Source: an uncultured bacterium (lineage in GTDB: Bacteria; Patescibacteriota; Minisyncoccia; UBA6257; GWB1-50-10). From it: a stretch of DNA of 64,000 nucleotides. The number at the start of each line of letters is the position of its first letter. Position 1 is the stretch's first letter. The position numbers and the translations under genes are program-made. Below, piece by piece: positions 10,057 to 19,786 of this stretch. The stretch covers positions 52,833 to 116,832 of the forward strand of contig CAIKKG010000014.1 of NCBI GenBank assembly GCA_903827975.1, in the 5' to 3' direction. The notes under the pieces were generated by a model that worked only from the letters and a program-made list of their open reading frames with translations, searched no databases and was not told the origin of the DNA.

Positions 10057-11655
10057 TTATCTTCCTCCAAATTTTGCTGGCCTAGAACCACGGCTTCTGA
10101 ATCTTGGCGTCTTTCTATCCTGAGATGCTCCTGGAGCGCCGGATGTTCTTGGTGCATAAGATGAGCCAGCCCTTGGTGCTCGTGATGAACCTGATGTTCT
10201 TTGCGCATATCCCGAGCTAGGTGTTCTTGGTGCGTATGATGAACCTGTTCGTGGCGCGTACGATGAGCCAGATGTTCTTGGTCCACTTGAAGTTCTTGGT
10301 GCGTATGATGAACCTGTTCGTGGCGCGTACGATGAGCCAGATGTTCTTGGTGCATAAGACGAACCTGAAGTTCTTGGTGCGTATGATGAACCAGCGTGAG
10401 TTGGTCTTGAAGAAGGTGTTCGTGAGTGAGATGAGTTTGCTCTATCCCTATTCATATGAGGGAACCTTCGTGAAGGCGCCTGACGTCTCTCTTCGCGCTC
10501 AGGTGGAATTCCTGTTTTTACTGAAGGTAATGCTTGAGGTAGCTCAGGCAGTTTTGAAACTGGGAGTGTTGATCTAATAAGTTTTTCAATCGAGCGGATA
10601 TCATCGCGCTGATTTGGGCGGGCAAATGAAATTGCATGACCACTAACACCTGCACGGCCAGTTCGTCCTATGCGGTGAACATAATCCTCTGCATTTTCAG
10701 GAAGGTCATAGTTTATAACAACCTCAATATTACTTACATCAATACCACGAGCTGCAATATCAGTTGCAACAAGAACACGGAACCTACCATTTTTGAACCC
10801 TTCTAATGCTTCACGTCTCTGACCAAGTGAGCGATTCGAGTGAATCTCCGCTGCTGCATGTCCTAAAAAGCGGACAGTTGCTGCAATTCTTTTTGCATTA
10901 TGTTTTGTTCTAGAAAATACGAGGACTGAACCGTTGTATTCCTGCAATAATTTTTCTAAAAGTCTAGCCTTATCCTCCTGTGAAACTATAAATAATTCCT
11001 GAGTTACATCTTTTGCGGTACTACCTGAACGCGCTATTTCAATGCGAACCGGCAATTTCATGTATGTCCTTGCAATTATTACGATTTCCTCAGGCATTGT
11101 TGCTGAGAAAAGCATTGTCTGTCTCTCCTCAGGAATTGAAGAGATAATTTGTTTTAATTGTGGAGCAAAACCCATATCAAGCATTCTGTCTGCTTCATCA
11201 AGCACAAGCATTGAAACCTTATCAAGGTTTATTGTTTTCTGGTCTACATGATCAATCAATCTTCCAGGTGTTCCTATTACAATATCAGGGCGTCGCGCTA
11301 ATGAGCGAAGTTGTCGTGACATTGGCTCACCTCCAATTATTACTGATGTTTTTACACCAAGTTGAAGACCAACTGTATTCAATGACTCTGCAACCTGAAT
11401 AGCAAGTTCACGTGTTGGTACTACAATAAGACCAAGTCCGTTAGCTTTTAAAATTCTCTGTATCATTGGGATACCAAATGCGAGTGTTTTTCCAGTTCCT
11501 GTTTGTGCTACACCCATAACATCCTTTCCTTCCATTGCAATCGGAATAGCCTGTTCTTGAATAGGCGTTGGTTTTGTAAAATTAAGCTTTGCAAGGATTC
11601 CTAGTATTCCTGGAGCAATTCCAAGTCCTTCAAATCCCCTTTCGTTATTTGTCAT
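10057..11655 (-). CDS. DEAD-box RNA helicase (RhlE-like) with repetitive C-terminal tail
   Basis: Q motif, 'AQTGTGKT', 'PTRELA', 'DEAD', 'SAT', 'HRIGRTGR'; likely ATG 11655. Confidence 0.95.
   Translation of the reverse strand: MTNNERGFEGLGIAPGILGILAKLNFTKPTPIQEQAIPIAMEGKDVMGVAQTGTGKTLAFGIPMIQRILKANGLGLIVVPTRELAIQVAESLNTVGLQLGVKTSVIIGGEPMSRQLRSLARRPDIVIGTPGRLIDHVDQKTINLDKVSMLVLDEADRMLDMGFAPQLKQIISSIPEERQTMLFSATMPEEIVIIARTYMKLPVRIEIARSGSTAKDVTQELFIVSQEDKARLLEKLLQEYNGSVLVFSRTKHNAKRIAATVRFLGHAAAEIHSNRSLGQRREALEGFKNGRFRVLVATDIAARGIDVSNIEVVINYDLPENAEDYVHRIGRTGRAGVSGHAISFARPNQRDDIRSIEKLIRSTLPVSKLPELPQALPSVKTGIPPEREERRQAPSRRFPHMNRDRANSSHSRTPSSRPTHAGSSYAPRTSGSSYAPRTSGSSYAPRTGSSYAPRTSSGPRTSGSSYAPRTGSSYAPRTPSSGYAQRTSGSSRAPRAGSSYAPRTSGAPGASQDRKTPRFRSRGSRPAKFGGR
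10140..10395 (-). repeat. Coding tandem repeat (SSYAPRT[S]G)n
   Basis: 7 exact SSYAPRT plus 2 degenerate copies; exact 60-bp duplicate at 10223-10282 and 10292-10351. Confidence 0.9.
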
Positions 11656-11759
11656 TCGGGCACTATCATAACACATTGACAAAATAAAGCAAATATTTTA
11701 TTTTCCACCACCTTTTATGCGAAAAAACCCCCGCCAATAGGAGGGGGTCTAGTTAAAAT

Positions 11760-12302
11760 TCACTTTAATTTAAACATATTAGTATCAGCAACCGCATCAG
11801 CTAGACCTAGTTTTACAGCCTCATTTGCTGAGATTGAGGTCTCATTTGTCATAAATCGCTTCATTTTACTAGGCGAAAGTAGACCCCCTGATCTTTCCGA
11901 CAAAATATTACAGTAGTTCTTCATGCCAGCATTCAGTTCTTTTCCAAATGTAATAAGTCTTTTGGGACCCAGGGTACTTTCAGCACTTATATCCATAACG
12001 TAAAAGTCATGGAAAAATAATGTGGTATTCGGCATAAGAAGTCGCACTTTGCCTGAGGCTAGAATTAAGGGTGCAATTGAGCGCACGGTTCCAGTGCCGA
12101 TTGTGATGAGTTTTGGCTTTAGGATTTTCATATTGTCATAAAATGAAAAGCCAACGTCTGTCTCCCCTCCATTACTAAAAAGGAAAAGCCCTATGGGTTC
12201 CTTTGGGGCCTCTTCTATTAAATCCATAATCCTTCCCAATACTCTATCAAAATTCTTTTGGTCAATGTCACCTATCCACTTAATCATGCGACTGAGCTTC
12301 AT
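11760..12302 (-). CDS. ClpP-like protease subunit (divergent)
   Basis: 'LFLFSNGG', 'GTVRSIA' (Ser), 'FFHD' (His), 'SANEAVKLGLAD'; GGAGG SD. Confidence 0.8.
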   Translation of the reverse strand: MKLSRMIKWIGDIDQKNFDRVLGRIMDLIEEAPKEPIGLFLFSNGGETDVGFSFYDNMKILKPKLITIGTGTVRSIAPLILASGKVRLLMPNTTLFFHDFYVMDISAESTLGPKRLITFGKELNAGMKNYCNILSERSGGLLSPSKMKRFMTNETSISANEAVKLGLADAVADTNMFKLK

Positions 12303-12429
12303 AAGCCCTCCATTTGTGATTGCTTTTTTATGTACTAATTACAAAATAATACTCAGAGGATTGGAAGTCAAATCAGTAAATCTATTAGTATATACTTATA
12401 TAAAGGTCGTAAACTATTTATTTTAGAAA

Positions 12430-12639
12430 ATGAAAATATTACATCAAATTACTTTCGTGCTTTTAGTTGTTGGAGGTTTGAATTGGCTTACATTTGCATT
12501 TGACTATGACCTAGTAGCAATGCTTTTGGGAGCTGGTAGCATGCTTTCGCAGATTGTTTATATTCTTGTAGGTCTCTCAGCGCTTGTGCAGGTTTTTACT
12601 CACATGAGTAGCTGTAAGGAGTGCGAGAAAAAAGTATAA
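12430..12639 (+). CDS. DUF378 family small membrane protein
   Basis: 'LLVVGGLNW...DLVA...IVYILVGLSAL'. Confidence 0.85.
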   Translation: MKILHQITFVLLVVGGLNWLTFAFDYDLVAMLLGAGSMLSQIVYILVGLSALVQVFTHMSSCKECEKKV

Positions 12640-12645
12640 GTATTA

Positions 12646-12677
12646 TAAAAAATACGGCACTTATGTGCCGTATTTTT
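12646..12677. terminator. Bidirectional terminator
   Basis: aaaaatacggcac-ttat-gtgccgtattttt. Confidence 0.8.
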
Positions 12678-13370
12678 TTATACTTTCATTTTCAATTTTG
12701 ATACTTCTGCTTCCGTAAGTTGTCGATATTTACCTGAGGTAATGTCCTTAAGTGTTATATCACCAATTCGCGTTCTCTTTAGGCGATTTATGGTTAGATA
12801 TACAGCAGAACACATTCTGCGTATCTGGTGCTTTTTACCTTCTCGCAAAATGATTTTAAATATGCGAGGGCCGATCATTTTGGTTTTGGCAGGCAATGTC
12901 ATTCCTTCTGCAAGCATAATACCAGTCTCCATTTTTTTAAGCTTACCAGGTGTTAGTGGCTCACTTACCTCGACCTCATACTCCTTTTCAATAAGATGGT
13001 CTGTTCCTGTAACAGTTGAGGTTATGGTTCCGTCATTTGATAGAAGTAGTAAGCCCTCACTTTCCTTATCTAGTCTTCCAACAGTATTTAAATAAGTAAA
13101 TTCTGGAAGCAAATCAAAAACCGTAGGCCCCTCCTCCTTTATTTTTGATGATACAACCCCTCGTGGCTTATTGAACGCAATTGTAATTTTCTTTCCAAGC
13201 GAAGGTCTCGCTGATTGAATAATCTCAACTTTGTCCTTTTCCGGATCAATCTGAGTTCCAAGCTCCTTTACTACCTTGCCATTAACAGTGATAAAACCTT
13301 TTAACATAAAATCCTCCGTCTCTCTACGGGAAAGTATTTTCTGTTCAGATAGATATTTCTGTATTCGCAT
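12678..13370 (-). CDS. rRNA pseudouridine synthase (RsuA/RluB/RluF family)
   Basis: S4 domain 'MRIQKYLS...SRR', 'GRLDKESEGLLLL', 'EGKKHQIRRM'. Confidence 0.92.
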   Translation of the reverse strand: MRIQKYLSEQKILSRRETEDFMLKGFITVNGKVVKELGTQIDPEKDKVEIIQSARPSLGKKITIAFNKPRGVVSSKIKEEGPTVFDLLPEFTYLNTVGRLDKESEGLLLLSNDGTITSTVTGTDHLIEKEYEVEVSEPLTPGKLKKMETGIMLAEGMTLPAKTKMIGPRIFKIILREGKKHQIRRMCSAVYLTINRLKRTRIGDITLKDITSGKYRQLTEAEVSKLKMKV

Positions 13371-13406
13371 TGTTCCTATAGTAAACGAACTGCTGATAAC
13401 ACACAA

Positions 13407-14396
13407 CTAATGACCGGCAAGTCCGGTTTTAATAAACTGTTTTACAATTACCTCAACCTCCTTAGAATTCTTTGCTCCCATGAGTTCTATTCGTAATTCT
13501 TTTGCGCCATCAAAGCCTGAAGCATACGCTTTATAATGCTTTTTCATAATATCAAAGCGCTTTATATCTTTATACATCTTCTCAAACAATTTCGTGTGCT
13601 CAACCATAACCTTCATTCGCTCCTTTAGTGGGATTTCTTTTCCCTCAAATTTACGGTTAAAAAGCCATGGATTTCCAAAAATTGCGCGCCCGAGCATCAC
13701 ACCATCCACCCCATACTTTCTAACCTTATCTTCCGCATCTTTAATATCTCGCACATCGCCATTTCCCAATATTAGAGCACGAGACGGAGATGAGTCATAT
13801 TTTTTTGCCATTACAACTGCCTCACCTATAACATCCCATTGTGCGGGCGCCTTCGACATTTCTTTTCGAGTTCGTGCGTGGATAGTGATTGCCGAAGGCT
13901 CAGCCTCTAACAGAATAGGTAACCATTCTTTTAGAATATTTGTGTTGTAACCTATTCTTGTTTTTACAGAGACTGGCATGTCACCAGCACCTTTTTTAGC
14001 TGCCAGAATTAGTTCCCTAGCAAGTTTCGGATTTTTAATAAGTGCCGCCCCAGCTCCCTGTTTTTCTATCGCTTTGTCAGGACAGCCCATATTTATATCT
14101 AACCCATCAAATTTTAATTTTCTAATAAGTCTTGCGCATTCCTCCATTTGATCTGGTCTGCTTCCAAATAGCTGAGCAACAATAGGCCGCTCTGACTTAT
14201 CAAAGTCTAAATCTTTAAGTAATCTTGGGCGCCCCTTCTCGGAGCATAGACCAGCACATGCTACAAACTCAGTCCATATAACATCAGGCTTACCATGTTT
14301 AGCAATAATACGTCTGAATGCAGCATCTGTTACATCAGCCATCGGGGCTAGTACGAATACCGGTCTTTTAATTTTTTTCCAAAATCCTTTTATCAT
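13407..14396 (-). CDS. dus: tRNA-dihydrouridine synthase
   Basis: 'LAPMADVTD', 'DINMGCP', 'SVKTRIG', 'GNGDV'; start approximate. Confidence 0.92.
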   Translation of the reverse strand: MIKGFWKKIKRPVFVLAPMADVTDAAFRRIIAKHGKPDVIWTEFVACAGLCSEKGRPRLLKDLDFDKSERPIVAQLFGSRPDQMEECARLIRKLKFDGLDINMGCPDKAIEKQGAGAALIKNPKLARELILAAKKGAGDMPVSVKTRIGYNTNILKEWLPILLEAEPSAITIHARTRKEMSKAPAQWDVIGEAVVMAKKYDSSPSRALILGNGDVRDIKDAEDKVRKYGVDGVMLGRAIFGNPWLFNRKFEGKEIPLKERMKVMVEHTKLFEKMYKDIKRFDIMKKHYKAYASGFDGAKELRIELMGAKNSKEVEVIVKQFIKTGLAGH

Positions 14397-14411
14397 TTTG
14401 TCATAGCAAGA

Positions 14412-14435
14412 AGACCCCATCAGATGATGGGGTCT
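14412..14435. terminator. Hairpin/terminator after hisS
   Basis: agaccccatc-agat-gatggggtct perfect 10-bp stem. Confidence 0.65.
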
Positions 14436-14441
14436 GTTGCC

Positions 14442-15791
14442 TTATTTTTTTAATATCTCCCTCACCCTCTCAACTAGATTTTTTTGTTTTACCTCTTCCT
14501 GAGTTCTAGCCCCCATGTCTTTTATAAGTGCTGAAGATTTTTCTGTTTCTGTTGCGCCAATAATTATTACTATTGGAATTTCCATATTTACTGCATATGC
14601 GAGCTGACCCTTAATATTACCTTCATTTCCAAGATAAAATTCGGTATTGATTCCACTAGCTCTTAATTCCGAAGCATTTTTTATAATATCGTGCTCTCCA
14701 GCCTCATCAAAATTTAAAAATAATACATCAGTTACAGTCTTTTCTTTTTTCACAAGCTCAAGTTGCTCCATAGCAACAAATAATCTATCGATTCCGATTG
14801 ATGTGCCAACTGCTGGAATTGAAGAACCTCCAAATCTTTCAATCAGGTTATCATAACGGCCACCTGAGAAAACACTACCAATCTGTGGCATATCTGTAAG
14901 TATTGTCTCGTAAACTGTTCCCGTGTAGTATCCAAGACCTCTCGCGACTGAAAAATCTATTTTCCACGCTTCATTTGGAACACCAAGCCACTCCAGATAT
15001 TTTGCAACCTCTCTCAACTCCTCGATTCCCTCAATGGCAACGGGAACATCACGCATACACTTTATTCCATCTTCGAGAGTATCCTTATAATTAGTATTTT
15101 TTATTGATAAGAATTTTTTAACTTTCTCGCTTTGCGTCTCATCTAAGCTAGCTCCCTTCTCGTCTGATAATTCTTTCAGAACATCATCCCATGATTGCTT
15201 ACCTAGCTTATCAATTGATCTCAGCACAGACTCAGTCTTTGAATCTTCAAATCCAGCATATTCTGCGAGACCATTTAAAATTTTTCTATTATTTACTCTA
15301 ATCAAAAAGTTAGAAACTCCAAGTGCCCTCATTGTTTCATACATTAGGGCTATAATCTCGGCATCCGCCGTTGCTTTGTTTGAGCCAACAATATCTGCGT
15401 CACACTGAACAAACTCGCGATATCTTCCAGCCTGCTGCCTCTCTCCACGCCAGACCTTTCCTATCTGAAATCTCTTAAATGGTTTTTTAAGAGTGCTCTG
15501 ATTTGCTGCAATTACGCGAGCTAGTGGTACTGTTAAATCAAATCTTAGAGATAGTTCATGTTCGTCTTCTTCATTTGATTTTGCTGATACAACTCCATAC
15601 ACCTGCTTTTTAAAGCTTGAATCTCCACTTGTTAATATTTCGGTCTTCTCAATTCCTGGAGTATCAAGGGGTACAAAACCAAACCGCTCAAATGTTTCAC
15701 GTATTGCGTTAAACATTTTTTCGCGTGGAATCATATCTTCCGGTAGATAATCACGAAAGCCGCCGGGTAGTTTTGGTTCTATTTCTTGCAT
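14442..15791 (-). CDS. hisS: Histidine--tRNA ligase
   Basis: 'LRFDLTVPLAR', 'GRYREFVQCDAD', 'ARGLGYYTG', 'GGRYD'. Confidence 0.97.
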   Translation of the reverse strand: MQEIEPKLPGGFRDYLPEDMIPREKMFNAIRETFERFGFVPLDTPGIEKTEILTSGDSSFKKQVYGVVSAKSNEEDEHELSLRFDLTVPLARVIAANQSTLKKPFKRFQIGKVWRGERQQAGRYREFVQCDADIVGSNKATADAEIIALMYETMRALGVSNFLIRVNNRKILNGLAEYAGFEDSKTESVLRSIDKLGKQSWDDVLKELSDEKGASLDETQSEKVKKFLSIKNTNYKDTLEDGIKCMRDVPVAIEGIEELREVAKYLEWLGVPNEAWKIDFSVARGLGYYTGTVYETILTDMPQIGSVFSGGRYDNLIERFGGSSIPAVGTSIGIDRLFVAMEQLELVKKEKTVTDVLFLNFDEAGEHDIIKNASELRASGINTEFYLGNEGNIKGQLAYAVNMEIPIVIIIGATETEKSSALIKDMGARTQEEVKQKNLVERVREILKK

Positions 15792-15799
15792 TGTTTTGA

Positions 15800-18304
15800 T
15801 TATGCCATAGGTTTACGGATTGCAGAATTAACCTGATCAGCATATTCTGGCGCTGACATATATGCCTTAAGACCAACTGCGCTCGTATTGTATACTGCTC
15901 CATTTGTTCCACGATATTCAAACCCATCACCCATCTGCCTTACTAGATATATTTCAGGTTTTTGATCATTCAAATATAGTGTCCTTGGCTCCCACTTTGA
16001 TATGCTCTGTCCAACGCCAGCCTGTGGAAGTTCTTGTGACTGAGAAAGTTCATGGAAATAATCCATATGACCTTCTAGTTTCGCTGTAAGTAGCTTGCCA
16101 CTCTCCTCATCAATATATCTTCCAAATGACTCATGATTCATACGACTTCCCTGACCTAGATAATCTGCGTATATACGCGCATCGTGCGAACTTAAACCAT
16201 TAAGCTTTCCCAGTTCAACAACTGAGTATCTTAGTAAGGTTGTGTCTGAGATATCCTGCGAAAATTCTCCATTAAGAGTGCCCTCGTGTATTTTGTGCAA
16301 TGTGTCAGCTAATTCAGGGTGTAATACAACGTACTTTGGGTTTTCACTTGCAAATCTAACTAGATATTCAGCACCGCTCGCATTAATTCCAGCCGTACCA
16401 TCCGTTGAAGACTCGATGCTGGCTTTGTACAAATCAATATTATTTTGTATTGCCTCTTCATCAATTAGTGTTTCGGCGGCCACCTCACCAGCAACAGCCT
16501 CACCAGCAATAACTTCAACTTGCTCCACTGGACTGTGTAGGGCCTCATACTGAATCCTATTTGATTCAAGTATGGAGCTAATCTGAGCTGTTGAAAGACC
16601 TCTTGCCTGACCTAATATTTTATCCAAATCATCCTTCGCAAACATTCCCTGAAGTTCCTTAGCTCCCCATCCAATCTTTATATGATCGACGTCTGTTAGG
16701 CCATATTTTTGAGGGTCTTCTGCCACCATGTCTTTATAGTGATCAATGACAAGTGTTCGCTGAGCCTCATTTAAATCCTTGAATCCAGGAACATTTTTTT
16801 CCAAGTCATGCTGAATAACACGCCAAACGGAATCTCCAGACTTTGCTGATGTTAATTCCCATACCTTTCCTACTGGCACTGGTTGCACATCATGCTCCGC
16901 CCTAAAATGTGCTGCATTGTTTTGGGACGGGTCGTTCGACGCGGCTGATGGATGTTCCGCATTAAAATGTGCTGCGCTATTTTGTGACGGGTCATAAGGC
17001 GCGGCTGATGGATGTTCCGCATTAAAATGTGCTGCATTAGCTACATGAATATTTGCTCTATCAGCATCTGAAATACTCACACCAGAATTATGAGGCACAC
17101 CTACTGAACTATTTCCACCAGAAGTACCAGTTGTTATAGAATCAACTCCTGAGGGTTCGAATATAGAATTGATTGCGGCCCCAGTACCAAAACCAACCAG
17201 AAGACCTGTTGCCACTGCGGTGCCGACGCGTGCCCACTTATATTTTGATTTAATCTTTTTTTCCTTTTCTCTAATCTCCTCATCGAGTTCTTGTGTTCTT
17301 GCAAGATTCATCTCTGTGAGCAATGCAAAATTTTCCATAATTGCAAGATTTATTAACTCGCTATTTTCTCCCAATGCGAATTCCCCACCAGCAATTACAC
17401 CGCTTCGCATCTTTTCAAGACTCTTTTTTTCAGCAGTGTCCAAAAGTTTTTCACTCACATATTTTTGAATAAGGCCTGATGCGGTAGCTCCAAAAAGACC
17501 CCTGACCATTCTTAACCCAAGAGCTCCAACGCCACCAGTTGCTCCCGCGGCTACAAAACCAACGGTTGATGAGATTGCAATTCTTGCAGCCTTTGGCATT
17601 GCAATCCATTTTGACCAGGCTTTTTTTATAAGGCTAGGCTCATTTTCTTTTTCTGCTTTGTTAGCTCTCTCCTTAGCAGCGTGATTTTTTTCAAGCTCCA
17701 ACATCGACATCCTCGTAAGTTCCATCTCATACGCTGGATTTTCAACGCCACCTTTTAAGATATCACTGGTGATTTTTTCATTAATCGTATTTTCATCAAA
17801 TCCTTCCGCCTCGTATTTTTCCTTAAGAGCTTCTACCTTATCGCTCATAAGTTGTTGCTTAAGATCTAAGAGTCTACTTTTAAATTCCTCATCAATTCCA
17901 CCGACACGCTCTTTTGCATGCTCAATATCAACCTCTTTAATTAACTTTGACCATTCGGAGTCTACTGACGTGCCATTCTCTTTTGCACGACTAACAGCCT
18001 TCTGACGAAGTTCCTCAGATATTTCCTGAAGTTTACATAATGAATTCGCTTTTTCTAGTGCTTGTCTGGTAAAAGACTGATATATATTGTCAAGATAATT
18101 TCTTTGTTCCTCAATTGACTGAACCTCTCCAGCTTTCTGCTTGTCTTGAAAGGCTTTTATCTCCTCCTTGGTTTTCTCATCAATATTACTTGTAAATAAT
18201 TGCACTCCACCTTCAGACAAAAATAAGGCCGTTTCTATTCTTTCCCTTTCTATATCTGAGAGAACCTCCTCAGTCTCGTGACCGCCTGGCGTTTCTGGTG
18301 ACAT
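15800..18304 (-). CDS. Large hypothetical membrane/surface protein (coiled coil, Gly-rich TM segments, His repeats, LysM-like segment)
   Basis: 834-aa ORF; acidic helical N-terminus, two Gly/Ala-rich hydrophobic segments, 20-aa repeats, 'KSGDSVWRVI'. Confidence 0.7.
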   Translation of the reverse strand: MSPETPGGHETEEVLSDIERERIETALFLSEGGVQLFTSNIDEKTKEEIKAFQDKQKAGEVQSIEEQRNYLDNIYQSFTRQALEKANSLCKLQEISEELRQKAVSRAKENGTSVDSEWSKLIKEVDIEHAKERVGGIDEEFKSRLLDLKQQLMSDKVEALKEKYEAEGFDENTINEKITSDILKGGVENPAYEMELTRMSMLELEKNHAAKERANKAEKENEPSLIKKAWSKWIAMPKAARIAISSTVGFVAAGATGGVGALGLRMVRGLFGATASGLIQKYVSEKLLDTAEKKSLEKMRSGVIAGGEFALGENSELINLAIMENFALLTEMNLARTQELDEEIREKEKKIKSKYKWARVGTAVATGLLVGFGTGAAINSIFEPSGVDSITTGTSGGNSSVGVPHNSGVSISDADRANIHVANAAHFNAEHPSAAPYDPSQNSAAHFNAEHPSAASNDPSQNNAAHFRAEHDVQPVPVGKVWELTSAKSGDSVWRVIQHDLEKNVPGFKDLNEAQRTLVIDHYKDMVAEDPQKYGLTDVDHIKIGWGAKELQGMFAKDDLDKILGQARGLSTAQISSILESNRIQYEALHSPVEQVEVIAGEAVAGEVAAETLIDEEAIQNNIDLYKASIESSTDGTAGINASGAEYLVRFASENPKYVVLHPELADTLHKIHEGTLNGEFSQDISDTTLLRYSVVELGKLNGLSSHDARIYADYLGQGSRMNHESFGRYIDEESGKLLTAKLEGHMDYFHELSQSQELPQAGVGQSISKWEPRTLYLNDQKPEIYLVRQMGDGFEYRGTNGAVYNTSAVGLKAYMSAPEYADQVNSAIRKPMA
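16892..17038 (-). repeat. 60-bp coding tandem repeat (about 2.5 copies; AAHFNAEHPSAA..DPSQN)
   Basis: taaaatgtgctgc recurs with a 60-nt period. Confidence 0.9.
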
Positions 18305-18315
18305 ATATTAGATAA

Positions 18316-18627
18316 TTATTTTTTGAAGCTACTTAGCATCATTTCTTTGTAAGAGGCGACCTCTGCCTTTATAATATCCTCGAATCTTGGTATTTCTTTT
18401 TGTAGAAATGCATACATTTCTTCTGGATTTGATGTGTCATATATCTTTTCCAACTCATTTGCCTGCGCCTCAGTAAGTAAATCCATTACCTTAAGCCAGA
18501 CACCCTTCATGATAATATCTGAGATTTGTGCAAGCATTGCTGTCCTCTGCTCAAGCGGAAGACTTTGTAGGCCTAGCTCAGCTACCAAATCTACACTGAT
18601 TAGCGAATTTATTTTGTTTATATCCAT
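18316..18627 (-). CDS. DUF5663-like CPR protein
   Basis: 'LVAELGLQSLPLEQR...LQKEIPRFEDIIKAEV' pattern. Confidence 0.65.
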   Translation of the reverse strand: MDINKINSLISVDLVAELGLQSLPLEQRTAMLAQISDIIMKGVWLKVMDLLTEAQANELEKIYDTSNPEEMYAFLQKEIPRFEDIIKAEVASYKEMMLSSFKK

Positions 18628-18655
18628 ATTGAAGTCATTATATCATTTGTAAATT

Positions 18656-18680
18656 TAAAAGCGCCAGAGCGGCGCTTTTA
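18656..18680. terminator. Intrinsic terminator
   Basis: taaaagcgcc-agagc-ggcgctttta. Confidence 0.75.
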
Positions 18681-18699
18681 GACTTAGAACATATATATG

Positions 18700-19092
18700 T
18701 TATTGCTGAATTCCGATTGAGCCGCCACCTACAAGGAGGATGGCAATATTTGCCGCCAATAGAATAAACTCAAATTCCCACCCTGTTTTATCTGTTGCAG
18801 AAAAAGGAGATCCCCATTTCGTAATTTTCATTGTTATTGCACCAACCATTACACAACTTAGAAGTAGCGCTCCTAATTGTGTATAGAACCCAAAGACAAG
18901 ATATAAGGATGAGACCATTTCAACCAAGCCAAGAACGATTATCATAAAGCTCATACTAGGTATACCCATCCCTATAGCTATATCTTTTGGATGCTTAAAT
19001 TTTGGAATCGCGTGAATGAAAAATACAATTCCAATTGCAAGGCGCAATGCGAATAACCCTATATTGTTGTACTGAAGTGTTTCTGTGAACAT
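18700..19092 (-). CDS. DoxX family membrane protein
   Basis: 'LRLAIGIVFFIHAIPK', 'GWEFEFILL', 'GGGSIG'. Confidence 0.9.
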   Translation of the reverse strand: MFTETLQYNNIGLFALRLAIGIVFFIHAIPKFKHPKDIAIGMGIPSMSFMIIVLGLVEMVSSLYLVFGFYTQLGALLLSCVMVGAITMKITKWGSPFSATDKTGWEFEFILLAANIAILLVGGGSIGIQQ

Positions 19093-19139
19093 TTTAATTA
19101 AATATTTCTTTCTATTTTCGGCCTTTTAACAAGTTTTCC

Positions 19140-19547
19140 TTAAAAACCGCTTACTAATAATATAATTCCCATAAGCCATAGTGTAAATGCTGACATTAAG
19201 CACCAGAAACACCATGCTTTTATTAACTTCCATTGTATATATGCAAAAATGAATGAAGCGGCACACCCTATTGCCACGCCAAATGAGATTCCGAGTGCCC
19301 AAAAGTGTGTTGGCTCTATCTTCAACGAATATAGCAGGCTAAGTAAGAAAATTGCAACATATCCAAAAAGACCCAACATATCATTTGGAATCATGAATAT
19401 CTTGTTGTATTTACTCTCGAGAACTAGTGTACAGTCATCCCCTAGAATACATACTGGCCTTTCCGCTCTAACTCGTTTACGAATCAGGTACGCTGTTTCG
19501 ACTATGCCGAATATGGAAAGAGCAATTATTGCTACGATTGTTAACAT
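19140..19547 (-). CDS. Vitamin K epoxide reductase (VKOR) family protein
   Basis: 'C..GDDC..VLESKY' loop cysteines and 'WCFWC' CxxC. Confidence 0.92.
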   Translation of the reverse strand: MLTIVAIIALSIFGIVETAYLIRKRVRAERPVCILGDDCTLVLESKYNKIFMIPNDMLGLFGYVAIFLLSLLYSLKIEPTHFWALGISFGVAIGCAASFIFAYIQWKLIKAWCFWCLMSAFTLWLMGIILLVSGF

Positions 19548-19585
19548 GGTTTAATTGTAGCAAATTTTTGAAATTTTTAATTTCA

Positions 19586-19786
19586 CCCTATTTAAACTGC
19601 CAAAAATGGCAGTTATAAATTGTGCGGGCAAGGGGAATCTCCCTCGCCTCTCAGCTCGTCGCCACTCGCTTCGGACTGGGCACCACCTCGTGATGCATTC
19701 TTCTGAATGCATACCACTCCGGTGTTCGATTCCCCTATTTAAACTGCCAAAAATGGCAGTTATAAATTGTGCGGGCAAGGGGAATC
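19586..19786. repeat. 54-bp direct repeat (19586-19639, 19733-19786) containing the tRNA-Gly 3' end plus terminator, flanking a 93-bp GC-rich insert
   Basis: Identical ccctatttaaactgccaaaaatggcagttataaattgtgcgggcaaggggaatc twice. Confidence 0.92.

Noticed and set aside
10140-10395. CRISPR or other non-coding repeat; alternative-frame His-rich ORFs 10050-10355 and 10221-10577
   Set aside because: The repeats are in-frame codon repeats of the helicase tail; the other ORFs are shadows.
19586-19786. Possible CRISPR array
   Set aside because: Only two 54-bp copies, derived from the tRNA end and terminator; no cas genes.
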